This document shows positions 50,501 to 62,638 of a stretch of DNA of 64,000 nucleotides, one piece after another. A program made the translations under genes and the position numbers. Below the pieces are notes generated by a model, which had not been told where the DNA came from, ran no database searches, and saw only the letters and a list, made by a program, of their open reading frames with translations. Position 1 is the first letter of the stretch; each line of letters opens with the position of its first letter. Source of the DNA: Macrostomum lignano (taxonomy: Eukaryota). The stretch lies in contig NIVC01002447.1 in the NCBI GenBank assembly GCA_002269645.1, positions 62,001 through 126,000 of the forward strand. Direction: 5' to 3'.

Positions 50501-52118
50501 AAGAGCCCCGGTAGAGCCGGCAACCAAGGACGAAGAAATTGCGGAGGAGCACGAGAGCAATATCATCATGGCTATCGATGAGATTCAAGCTTCTGAAGCA
50601 GAGTTGACGCGGATTGCCAGAAGAGACCAGGAGTACCAGGAGCTGAAGCGATTGGTTCAGCAAGGATTCCCTAACGAGAAGGGAAACGTACCGGTCCATC
50701 TAAGACAATCTTGGAACATCCGCGACAAACTAGCAGTCGAGCATGACTTGATCGTTGTAGGAAGGCGATTGCTCATTCCCAAGGAGATGCGAGCAGAAGT
50801 CATGAATAGGATGCTCAAGATGCATCAGGGAATCGTTAAGATGAAAGAGAGAGCCAGAATGACTTTCTACTGGCCGGGAATCGACAACGATATAGAAATG
50901 TCAGCCAGGAAGTGTATCCCGTGCCAAGAGACTTTGCCTAGTCAAGTAAAGGAGCCGATGGTTGTGAGAAAGGAACCGGAACGCGTCTTTCAAGAAGTCC
51001 ATGCCGACTTGTTTCAATTCGCTGGGAAGATGTTCCTGGTGACTGTGGACGGAAAGTCTGGTTGGCCAACACTAGACTACTTCGGAACTGATGCCTCAAC
51101 GTACAAGGTGATCAACGTGCTGCGAAGACGTTTCTGTGAGAAGGGCGCGCCGGAGGTGTTATGGTCAGACAATGGACCGCAATTCACAGCCAAGCCATTT
51201 CTGGGATTCCTGCGTCGTTGGAATGTGGAGCAGAGGACATCATCCCCACGTACGCTCAGAGCAATGGGCGAGCGGAGGCAGCCGTCAAGGCAATGAAAAA
51301 GCTGGTGCGTGGAAATTGGAATCACGGAGCCAGAGAGCCGAACTGGGACGATCTCTGCCAGGGGATACTGATGTACTGCAACACTCCGCGATACGACGGC
51401 AGGTCACCAGCACACATGGTGTTCGGTCACGAGGTTCGCGATACCCTGCCAGTTCACCGGAGAGCGTTCGCCAAGGAATGGCAAGCAGCAGCAGATGAGG
51501 TGGACAACAGGGCAGCGGAGAAGAGGGAGAGGATGGAGGTGTACTACAATAGAGCAGCTCACCAACTCCCAGTCTTGCGAGTGCGAGACAGAGTTGCAGT
51601 GCAGGACGCCCAGACCAAGCGATGGGACAAGTACGGCGTGGTGGTCGAGCTAATGAAAAACAACGACTTTCTAGTCAAGCTGACCAGCGGCCGGGTTCTT
51701 CGGAGAAACCGGAAGTTCCTGCGGAGAAGGTTTCCAGCACATGCGGCAGAAGCTCGCTACCAGCCCAATACTGGCCCTGCGGACTCGCAAGGTACGAATG
51801 AAGCCAGAGGGCCGGAAGGACGATCAAGACCGTGGCATACGAGAAACCGTCGGCCACCCAACAGGCTTCAGATTGACCCCCGCAAAAGTTCGTACGACTG
51901 ACTGACAAGAAGTCACATTGTAACTGAAGGGGGAGGTGTTGTGTATGAGTGTGCATATGCATGTGGGTGACACTGAAGCTTGGGCTATATGAATAGTACT
52001 GTCTATGGTATAAATACACGTTGACGGCCTAGAGAGACGGCCACGCCCTCTGAGCTTTATTTTCATCAGACTGCGCGCTATAGAAGATTTAACCCTCTCG
52101 GCTTCGCGATATATAACA
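47586..52118 (+). mobile_element. Mag-like Ty3/Gypsy LTR retrotransposon (4533 bp)
   Basis: 182-bp LTRs at 47586-47767 and 51937-52118 with one mismatch, 5-bp CAGTA TSD, TGG directly after the 5' LTR, PPT gaagggggagg. Confidence 0.97.
47870..51901 (+). pseudogene. Disrupted single gag-pol ORF of the Mag-like element
   Basis: Mag-type C..C..H..CPA.GK.C..C.K.NHF knuckle, LPDTGA protease, VDD RT, TDAS RNase H, SDNGPQF integrase. Lesions: 4-bp cctg duplication at ~48050, in-frame TGA at 50250, 1-bp loss at ~51250. Confidence 0.92.
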
Positions 52119-52754
52119 CAGTACATACTTCTACATGTACAATAATCTATTTCTATGACAATTTCTATATGTACAGTGTCCTACATTAATCCCCAGACGG
52201 CCCCCGCTCTTGCATATTTGAATCGTCAACCCCACAAGATTATATGTACAATTTCAACTCGAAACATTAATTGTTACGTGTACAGCGCAGTATTGCGCAG
52301 AGGTGGGTCGGTGTGCGCGCGCCAGCTGTACGATCCCACCTACTACCAAATGAGTCAACTAATTGTGTAACTCACATCGTATATGTATAAACTATTCACA
52401 AACAGTATTTACAAAGAATATGTATTTACAATAAATCAGTAGCATATTAGATGAAATTATTTATGCACAACATTACCAGCGAATAGAATATACAGAATAT
52501 TTTGCATTGTTTTTCAATAATTTTCTCTTTATAAATGATTTTAAACAAGTCTGACACGCAAAATATGTACAATAGATTTTTACATGAATTGGCAATTTCG
52601 CCACATACAATACAAAAATGCTTTATGTACATTTGTATAGTCGGTTCCTCTTCAATAATTGACATGCAAAATATGTACAACAAATAGATTTTTATACTCT
52701 GATAAATTTAACAATACAATAATTTAAATTTAATAGTCAGTCACAAGGACTACA

Positions 52755-53085
52755 TTATTTATAACCGTAAGGCCTGCTGCAAGCCCCGTACACGCGTTTC
52801 GTCAGGACGCGCTGAAACGTCTTGTCCATATTGATCGTATGGATGGTACAAGACGCTTTGTTGCGCCTGAACTGTAGTTGTGGCAGCTGTAGAGAGCCAC
52901 CGTGTAGCAGGGTGTTGCGCAGGTCCTCACTGCGCTCCCGTATCTCAGGAGTCAGGCGGATGCCCTTGCACTTCAAGACCTGGCTCCGGACACCGGCCGC
53001 ATCCTCGACAATGTAAGTGTAGAGCTTAGGCCCTCTACTTACAAAGTCGGTCATCCGGCTGCCTGCGGGCACCTCATCGGTCCTG
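52755..53085 (-). pseudogene. C-terminal fragment of a protein-primed family-B DNA polymerase (Polinton/Maverick type)
   Basis: TDE..., DFVSRGPKLY, KCKGIRL and TKR..PYGY, typical of the pPolB C-terminus. Confidence 0.8.
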
Positions 53086-53099
53086 GAGTGTTTCCGATC

Positions 53100-54023
53100 G
53101 AGTGTTTCCGATCACCGGAATCCCGGCATGGATTCACTCCGATCAAGGGAAACAGTTCACAGGACACGAGTTCCGGCACTTCTGCGAAGTTTACGGCATC
53201 CGGCAGACCACGACGCCGCCGTATTCGCCATGGGCCAATGGACAAGCTGAGTCGTGCAATAAGAACATCAAGAAGGTGCTCACCTGTCTCCTAGAAGACC
53301 ATCAGCAATGGGACAAGATGTTGCCAGCCGCTTTAACAGCTTTAAGATCAGCAGTCAATCGTACAACCGGGTTCTCGCCGCATTATGTCATCTACGGAGT
53401 GCCCTACCGGTATCCGATCGAAAACACCCAAGACCGACTGGATGTATCAGCTGATCTCCCGGAGTACATTGCCAAACATCAGCGCAGACTGGCCGAGACA
53501 GAACGAATTGTGCGACAGCGACTCCGAGCCGAGATCCAGCGCCGAGAGGAGTACTACGAGAACCGGCCAAAGCCCGTGGAGCTGCAGCCCGGAGACCTGG
53601 TCTGCCTGGCCAACCCGAAGCTCGAACTGGGAGAGCTGCCTAAGTTCCACCGGCCGTACAAGAGCATGTACAAGGTCGTCAAGAAAGTCGGAGAAGTGGC
53701 GTATTGGATCAAGCCAGCGACAAGCCCGCCGAGGACGCCCAGCTGAAATGCTAGTTCACCGCAACAACATCATCAAGGTGCCGCAGATGATGGCAGATCG
53801 ACCACAGGAGCCGCCGCGCCAGACAGAGCGGCCAATGCTGCCCTATGAGTCGAGCGAAGACAGCGAAGTCGACCCAGCCGATCAGCCCGCGCCGGAGCAG
53901 CCGGCCACAGCTCAGCCTGACCTGCGAGGCAGTCAGCTGTTCGAGCCCAGCTTGCGCCACCCTGAGGTGCTCGCCGAAGGCGACCCGGACTTGCCTGACA
54001 TCGGCATGGAGATGGAGCTCTAA
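53100..54023 (+). pseudogene. 5'-truncated Gypsy integrase fragment (core plus GPY/F-like region and acidic tail) with a frameshift near 53740
   Basis: IHSDQGKQF, PYSPWANGQAES, TTGFSP, LQPGDLV, YKVVKKVGEVAY. Confidence 0.9.
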
Positions 54024-54185
54024 AAGGTATTTACCAGCGATTTAATATTGCGCCTAATAGCTAAATTACCGTTGCGCATTACTATGAGTAGTTAAGTTTG
54101 TGAACGCGTTCTGAATAAAAATCTTGCTGTAAGCTTTCTTTGCACCCGTTCTGTGCTGAAAGCAGTTTTTCAATTTTCCCCGCTC

Positions 54186-54392
54186 AATGTACTTTCCTTA
54201 TGCTTGAGGGATAAAAGCAACTAATTTTTCTGTCCGTTTCCTTATGCTTGATGGCAAAAGCAGTGTTTCTCAATGTACTTTCCTTATGCTTGAGGGCAGA
54301 AGCAACTAATTTTCTGTACTTTCCTTATGCTTGAGGTCAAAAGCAACTAATTTTCTGTACTTTCCTTATGCTTGAGGGCAAAAGCAACAAAT
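54186..54392. repeat. About five copies of a ~45-50-bp repeat (tactttccttatgcttgagggcaaaagcaactaattttc) downstream of the integrase
   Basis: Direct reading. Confidence 0.85.
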
Positions 54393-55209
54393 TTTCCCAA
54401 TTTCTGCTCCTTACGCTTTCCGATCAAAAGCCTTTGTACATTGTGCTCATGCTCAATTGGTGTCATATTTATTCAACGCGACCCGCACTTCTGCGTTCTG
54501 ATATTTAGCCTTAGGCTTGATGGAAAAGGCCAGCACCTACGCGAAAATTATTTATACGCATGCGATTTTTAATTTTGCTCGATTGCGTGTCATTAACTTG
54601 CGAAGTTTTTATTTCAGTTGTAAACCTTGCAGTCCTTGCTTATGGCTGAAGGTATCTCTTAATTTTGCAAGCCAATGTTGCTCTGTGCCCCCAGTCGTTT
54701 GCCCCGCTCAGGTCTAGCCACCCTGGTTCTAGGCCTTGTCCTCAGCGGAGGGCATCTGAGGTGAACGGCCCCCATTTTTCTTTGTTTTGACCGAGCCGAG
54801 CCTGGGAAAATTTGTAAGGGCGCCTGTCCAGCCCTTTTCCCAGTGCCTTTTGCCTTTCGTGTAACTCCGTATGGAGATCCAAATTCTAACTCAGCAGCCA
54901 TGCCTGTATCTATCTGCTATTCTAATTTTTAGGAACTACCTATGTTTCTTTACTATTTTTCTAAACTACTGTTTATGCGATTATTCAGCCCCCCCCCCTC
55001 TCTCTAACCGCCAGCCTGTTGTGAGCCGTGCGAGGCGCCCCATTTATTCATTCTGATTTTGGACCCCTGCCGCGCGGTTATCTATTTTATGACTCCTTGA
55101 TTCATGCGCCCACCCCAACTCTGTGTGCCACCTTAGAGTGCACGAGGGGTGATGGCTCAATTCCAGCGGTTGAATTTTATTTCCTCTGGTTGGTTTACAA
55201 TTCCACCAG

Positions 55210-56213
55210 TTGGAATATTTTGTGCCCTATTTAAAGGAGCCATTTTCTAATTTTTTCATCAATTCTGTTCGTCCGGCCGAAATTGCTCAGCGAGATTCCT
55301 ACATCACCTATTCTACTATGTTTGCCGACGATCCTATGGGAGACGAGTCTCCGCTCAGCCGCGAAATCCACGAGGCTTTGGAGCACGTCAACGGCTACGA
55401 AGCCGACAATGAGGAATTCGATCAGGACCTGCTCGCAGCCTTCGACCCCTTCAGCGAAGCCGCACCTGGCCTGGCCCCACCGGCTCCGGCGCCCTCGCCA
55501 GCGAGTAGCCTCGGCACCGGCCTGCACCGGCTGCTAGACCAGGTGGATGCCGTCCCCCTGGCCCAGGAGCCGGAGCCCGTCCGCGTGTTGGGACCAGACC
55601 CCTTCATCACCCCGCCATTTCCGCCGACGAATTGGACGAACGGGTCGAGCCAGCCGTCGCCAGTGGAGGCCGCAGTCGCTGCCCCCCCCCCCGGCCGAAC
55701 CAGTCCAGCACCTCGCCGAGTTGTTGCTGTGGGAATTCGCCGGGGACAGCAACAATCGGCGGATGTCAGACGGCCGCCACTGGCGCAGTTATGCCCAGAC
55801 CCGAGGGCAACCGGCTGTGGCCCGTGCCGTGTCCGCAACTGCCGATTTTCTGTGCGAACGGCTGCGGCAGTCAGCGGGAGGTCTGCCCTACGGGACATTC
55901 TGCGCGCTGGTCGGCCATTTCGTGGACAATGCTGCGACGCTGGGGCGAGGGCTGACCCCGGCCCTTCTGCAGCTCAGCCACCACGCTCGCGTCGCCAGCT
56001 CCGCCCAGTCCGACCCTGATGCCCCTGCTCGCCGAGGCCGGCCGGCGACACGGGGCCGCCGAACTTAAGAAGACGAACGGAGGCGCTCGTCAACTGTTGC
56101 CAGGTCCCCCCCGGCGCCCCCGCGCCTGTGGTAGGCCGGTCTACCACTGGGGCTCCTGCAACGGTTGGCGACGCGCGAAGCGCCTCCACCCGGTGGGATA
56201 ATTTTGACATCAC
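55210..56213 (+). CDS. Uncharacterised GC-rich ORF region (acidic, Pro-rich, then Cys-containing), probably frameshifted near its 3' end
   Basis: 269-aa ORF in a GC-rich block between AT-rich flanks; no family recognised. Confidence 0.4.
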
Positions 56214-57954
56214 TTCTGCTCCCCCGGATGAACTGTGCGCTTTCCCTTCGTTGCCCCCACCTTTGGTCCAATAGTTGCCCCTTCTCTTGGTCCCACTTTG
56301 TTTTGTTGTGTTCCTTCCGGGGTTTGCCTTTTTTCCCGCCAGTGTTCCCCCCGGTGTTCCCCTCGGTGTTTCCCCAATTGGATCTATGTATTATTTGTGT
56401 ATAAAAATCATTGCGTTTTACTACCATTTTTTCAATTCTTCTCTATCCCCCCTCCTGTTGGTTGTTGGTTAGCTTGTTTTGTTCTTTGTTTCTGGTCTTT
56501 GCTCAATTATCTCGCGTAGCTATAATAATTAACGATAATAATAATAATAAAGAAATCATAATAAGTTAGTAAATATTAATAATATTCATTCAGTTGTTCA
56601 GAATCGAAGCCTTTAGTTTTCTATTGAGTCATTTGCCCGCGGGCGTAAAATAACCAGTCAGTCTCAACTCAAAGAAAGCTCTGAGACCCTCAACGTTCCG
56701 TAAAACGACATTTACGGTGGTGGCAGCGCTACTTCACTACTGTTAGTAACCAAGCGAGCATTTTCGACGAACTACGAATTTTACGGTGTCCGAGGAACCA
56801 ATCTGAACGACCCGGGCCGCTACAAGACCGCTCGACTACGAACACGACTACCCTCCCCCCGGAATTGAGGACCCCGGCAGACGGAGTTTCCAAGGAGAAG
56901 ACTCAACGCAGCAATTTGTGCAATTTTCCGGCTTTACGTGCCGACGACAAACCCTAATTCTACAATTTCAAAAATTTTATTTTCTTCTCCACCCCCACCT
57001 CAAAAGGTAATTAGTTCCTGTTGTCAACAGCTACGGAAAACATTAACAAAACTAAACTTACTTTAAGATTTTATAACTTGTTTATGATAGAAGCAGGAGA
57101 GTTTTCAAGTTTTATCACAATACATTTAAAACTGAAGACTTTTTTACCAGAAAAAAATGTATCTAAGGTAGCACAACAGTTAAACTTTCAAATAAAGAAT
57201 CTTTTTTTAAAAAATACGATACATCAATACGGCACCGGTATACAATTGATCTTCGACTTCAATGACAATAAATATGACAGGAACTAAATGTGCTTCACCC
57301 CAAGTGTTACAAAAGATTACTATGTGATTAATATTAGTACTGCTAGACTCAAACCGTACCAAAAGAAAAACAAGCCAATAAAATAGGGACCATGAGTCCG
57401 TGACTTCATGAGAGTTACTTTAGGCCTGCAACTGCTACACTAATGGACTGCCACATCGCTAACTTGCAGGCGGTTGAGCTTACCCTTCAGACTACTACTG
57501 ATATTAGCAGCAGTGTGAGCTGCGAGCGCGTGCACGCAAGGGGCCTTCCCTGTGCATCTTAGTTTAGGCTATTGGCTAACCTAATATCAATTTGGCTTAT
57601 GAGTGGCTCTCCAATACATTATCGAGAGCTTAATCACTTAAATTCTTCAATCCCAAAATGAGCTACTGATTTAAAGTAATATGATTACAGACGAAGAAGT
57701 ATGGGTGCTAATACTAAAATTGAAAAAAATCATTTCCAGTGTTTTTTATTTATGTTCGAATAAATAATAATTTTTACTCTTTCGATACTACTTTTCTAAT
57801 ACGTGTATTTTCATCACTTAAACCAGCAATCCTTTAATCCTTATAATAATCCTCATTACCATAATTTAACGTTTGTTCACTCAAATTCTAATTTCTGCTT
57901 TTCTGCAAGTTCTGCTTTTTTACACGCACAATATTTACATTAAGATAATATTTT

Positions 57955-58026
57955 GTCTAGCAGGATTCGAACCTCAAACCTTCCAATTTCAAGTCAGGCC
58001 CACTGGCCACTCGACCAATTTTTAGC
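57955..58026 (-). pseudogene. tRNA-derived sequence (tRNA pseudogene or SINE head), Ser(TGA)-like loop
   Basis: On minus: A box TGGTCGAGTGG, B box GGTTCGAATCC 33 nt later, loop CT-TGA-AA; stems are degenerate. Confidence 0.65.
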
Positions 58027-59280
58027 GGTGTCTATTTTTAACACTCAGAGAATTCCCAGACTTCTCATTCCCGTCCGCGGGTGCACTCGACCAGCCCACC
58101 CTAGCCCACACGGACCAAAAGCAGCGTTCCTTAGCATATCTAGCGTACTATCACTGTGCGCACTGTGTGGACTCGCAAGGGCTAGCCTGTGTGGGTCCAC
58201 GGTGGAGCCACCTGGCTAGCCACGTATTTTTTGTTTAGTGGATTGTCTGGCTAGCCCACGGCCGTTAGGTGCCGAGCCTCTCCCCATGCGTCATTCTATT
58301 TTTAGACTGAGGGTTTCGCGGACCCCGTGTCCCGAACTTAACCCTCCCTTACGTGCAGCCTTGTGCGCACAAGCCCAAATTTGGCATGCTATTGTCACTA
58401 GTGGCTTGAGGCGACTGTCGGCGCTTCGTACAAGCTATTTCCCCCATGTTTAATCAATATCTGTTGTGCATCATTATCCGCACTTTTCGGCTGCAGTTCC
58501 ATGGTCAAGCCACGGAATGCCCAAACGCTCCACCCTCCGCGTTCTATATTAACGAATGCAGGCCCTCTTGTCTGAACTTTTCCTCAGAACCGTTTTGACC
58601 GCTGGTCAGACTCGTTGAGAATCTTCTCCGAGAAAGCGCTCTAGCGCCGGTTAACAGCGAAGCAAAGCTCCTGAGCAGGTCTTGGTAGAGCTATAAGCAT
58701 CGCTAAGCAGACGCAAGCTCCCGAGCAGGTCTTGGCAGAGCATTGCAGCGCTCAAGCAGAAAGCACGCTGGTAGAGCATTGCTAGTGCTATAGCTCTGGT
58801 TTTCCAGCCTACCCTATTGGCAGGAAAGCAGTGGGCTGAAGCCATTCTGCTAGTGTCTATTCGCGACAAAGGCGCGAATAAGAGTGAGAGTGAGTGTGCA
58901 GTCGCAGCACTCGTGCGCGATTCTAAGAAATAGCTGTTAGTTTATAGGCCTAGAGTCTATTGCTGCCGCAGGCGCATAGACCTATTTCCTCGCCGCCCAT
59001 TTGCGCGAGACGTAGCTATTAGGTTAGTAGGAGTTAGGGGTCCTCTGAGAGCTAAACTCAGACACGCTCAAGCGCGGACAATTGTCAGTGCCAGGACTGC
59101 GCCGCTCAGGCCATTTGCTACCATTGAGTCCTGTCACTTGGACATTGAAATCTCTGAGACTAGTTGTTCTAGCGTTATTTATTTGCATGGAGCCCAAACA
59201 GACCCCTTCATTGCGGATCCTACGGTTCCCACGCTGGTGAAATAGCAGTCCGCCTCACCCTAGCAGCAAGATAACTTCAC

Positions 59281-62225
59281 TGGTGATAGCGGTGGGATTC
59301 CAAGATCTTCAGGCCCAGATCCGAGCAACCCCAAATTCTTAAAGCTAAAGCACGTCACTGGTAGCAGCGATTGGGATTACGATACCGACTCCAACTCCAG
59401 ACCAAATAGTTAGGAAGGTTAATAGTGAAGCAGCTGTTGGGAATACCATACCAACAAGCTTCCCTAGTATATAAGCTATTAGTATTAGATCGCGCGAAGC
59501 TCGCTGCTAGTTAGAAACAGTTGAATTCTCGCCTTATAGAAGTGAGAATGTCATTGAACCGATCCCGTTCGTTAGAGAGTGGTTCAGAGCAAATTCCGAA
59601 TGAGAACAGGGGCGCAGCCGCCGCTGCAGCCGTATCTCGATGCGCTAGCCCTGATGGTGGCATATTTGGAGCAGACGCAGACTTCATTAGAGGTCTTGGC
59701 GCAGGCGTAAATGCTAACCTGCTAAAAACCTGCTCGTAAATATGAACCGGCAGATGAATCTGCAGATTAAAAAGCAGATTAAAATCGCCAAGTACAAGCC
59801 ATCAATGGACATTCGAATTTGGCTCGAAATGTTTGAGATGAAGTGCGAGAAGTGCTTTTCCAGAAGTGCTTTTATTTTAACTATAGGCCGCCTTGGCAAA
59901 GTTCGAAAAAGAAGTGCATGGTCCATGTTTGTGAAGCTAAGAGGATCCAGTAAGTTTAGCATATTTTATTCATTAAGTTTAAAATCAGTGACTTAAGCAA
60001 TTTAGTTTTCGTTAAACTGTTTGGATTTATCTTTCAGACCGCTTTTCGATGGAACCGATGTCTTTCTTAGCTAATGAGTTCAAGAAACTCACCGATGACG
60101 ACAGGGCCGTGCTAGAATGTTACCAAGGAGACAAATGAGCAGAGCCATCAGCGATGCCCATCGGGGCTTGAGTTGGAGGAACTGGTAATAATAGACAGTA
60201 TGGTAAAGCTAAGTACGATATGGAATTTAGCTATCAGAAATTTATTTTTTCGTAAATGATCAGATCGGCAGTTGGGCTGAACTGTTTTTCTCTCCCTCCA
60301 TAATGGCGTTACGCAATTCTTCCTCTAGGCCCGTGCGATGTTTAACAACTACCATGTAGTTGTTATTTCTAAGAAGCGCGACGGGACGAATCTCCGTGTA
60401 TGCGCGTCTCCAGGATTAGACGAATTTCTCCACGCGGAGTGTGGTCTTATTCAGGTAATTATAATAACAGTATTTAAGGACTAGCAAGAGTATGTCAAGA
60501 AAGAAATTCAGTAGGAATTTATATTTTAATATCCTTCCGTTTGGTTCTGCTTGTAATATCTAATGTATGGATACTGGTTATCTATTTAATCTTCTATACT
60601 AATCGACGCACAGCGTTTTTTTAGAAATTTGAACTTTTATCATCCGAAAATCAGCTTACGCAATCGTCAGGGCGACAACCTACGGTTGATTTGATGCGCA
60701 AGGAGGTTCGCGCTGCCGTGCGAATGGCTTATGGTGAGCCCTAAAACAATTCATTAAACTTTAAGTAGTCTATTTTAGGCGAGTTCTTTTTATTCTTTCT
60801 GCAATTATCCAGATTTTACTATACAATTTATTTTAGTTCATAATTCATCAAATTCATCATTTTAAATTATGAATTTCAGTTTCCGCCGGTATGGGTTGCA
60901 AAATTAACTTTAAGAACCTAAAAGGTGTTTTCATGCCGGAAATAAAAAAGCCGGGGAAATGAACTCAGCCGAGCTGCGGCGCGTGTACAGTTTTCGCAGC
61001 GAGCTAAGGTTTATACCTTTTTCAAGCGACGGCAACAGCGGCGGCCCCTCTGGCCGCTCTGCGGACGTCGCCGGTGGCGGCTCCTCTGGCCGCTCTGCGG
61101 ACATCGCCGGTGGCGGCACCCCTGGCCGCTTTACGGCCGTCGCCGGTGGCGGCTCCTCTGGCCGTTCCACTGTGACAGCGGGTGGCAGCTTCTCTGGCCG
61201 CTCTGCGGACGTCGCCGGTGGTGGCTCTTCTGGCCGCTCTGTGTACGTCGCCGGTGGTGGCTCTTCTGGCCGCTCTGTGGATGTCGGCTCCTTCGGCCGC
61301 TCTGCGGATGTCGCCGTTGGCGGCTCCTCTGGCCGCTCTGCGGATGTCGCCGTTGCGGCTCCCCTGGCGCCAATGCCCAGTCAGACAGTCACTCGTCAGT
61401 AAGTGACGCGGAGTGCGGAGGTTTCGTGGACACCTCCCCGAATCAAAAAATCCATGCGCGTGAGGCCGATCCGTACGTCACAGGCCGAGTTGCGAGTCGA
61501 GAGCTCCCTTTCTTGCTTAACAGCGGCAGCCGGAAAAAACTTTCTTGGTTCGTCAACCTGGGCCGCTATTAGACGTCGGATGCCTCGTTGTATTATATCT
61601 CATGCTATTCCCGATTGCGTAACTATGTATGATGGGACGCAGCTCCCTCTTGCTTGTAAGGTGACCATCCCCGTGGAGTTTGGTGATGTCGTCGCGGACA
61701 CCGAATTCCTCGTCACGGTCTCCGATTGTGAAAACTTGCTTGGCGTATCGTTTATGCGAGAGCACTGCCAGAAATTGGACTTCGCTCAAGGAATGGACTT
61801 TTAACAATGGCGCGTGCATCCCCGTTCGTTATTCGCGTCGTGAGCTTCAGACCTGCCGAGTGTACACCTCTGAGAAGTGCACCTTGCCGCCTAGAAGTTC
61901 AGCGCTGCTTGCCGTCAGACTGGATGACGGCCACCCTGAGAATCGAGGATCGCCATCAATTGTCAAGCTTGTTAAGTCGAGGCTGCATCCCAGCTGCAAC
62001 GCTCTGGAAGCAGCGCCTGCTCTGATGACGATGCCTGAAGGTCGCGGCTACATTGAGGTCGTCAACACCGCCGACAGCGAGGTGTTCCTGCAAGCCGGTA
62101 TCTGTGTTGGTGTTGCGACGCCGTTCCGAACTGCCGACCTAATGTATCTGAGCGAGACGCCTGAACCCGAAGTGCGACATCTCCCAAATACCTCTGAAGA
62201 GTCCAGCACAGCATGGCTTGAATAA
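59281..62225 (+). mobile_element. Degenerate Gypsy 5' portion: PBS, gag remnant, repeat linker, protease and post-protease region
   Basis: PBS tggtgatagcggtgggattc is 18/20 against the tRNA-Leu(AAG/TAG) 3' end. Also gag-like KYKPSMDIRIWLEMFE, protease-like ..NLLGVSFM..LDF, and a segment resembling the post-protease region of the 33333 Pol. Confidence 0.65.
61039..61360. repeat. 36-bp coding-like repeat (GGSSGRSADVAG), ~9 copies
   Basis: Direct reading and translation of ORF 60959-61402. Confidence 0.9.
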
Positions 62226-62439
62226 ATATGGAAAAAACCTAAACTATTTGATAGTTCCAATAACAAGAATAAAGAATGCAGCATATAAATTGGATTTCAG
62301 TTCTAAAACATTGGAAGACCATGTTGCAATTAAGTGGGGGAATTATACCAGTGGCGTTGTGTTTTTAAATGGATCTAGGTTTTAGGAACCATCATTTACA
62401 CTGTCTGAAGAAGCAGGATAAAACAGGAGCAAATAGAAA

Positions 62440-62638
62440 GATTTACTCATTTCTCAACGCTTTTGAGAAGTTTCGATCAACATTTTTGAAATATTTCAAG
62501 ATAGATTCTGCGTATTGCTTTTCCCTTTCTGGATTATCCTGGGCATGTGGGTTGAAATATACTAATGTGGAATTGCAATTACTTGGTGATAAAGAAATGA
62601 TATCCATGATAGAAAGTGGCATTCGTGGCGGTTTCTAG
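62440..62638 (+). pseudogene. Internal fragment of a Polinton-type pPolB
   Basis: FEKFRSTFLKYFKIDSAY..S..LSW..LKYTNVELQLL.D..M...IRGG is a characteristic pPolB segment. Confidence 0.8.

Noticed and set aside
53102-53746. Integrase as the Polinton's own integrase
   Set aside because: It has a Gypsy-type C-terminal region and begins abruptly at a duplication junction.
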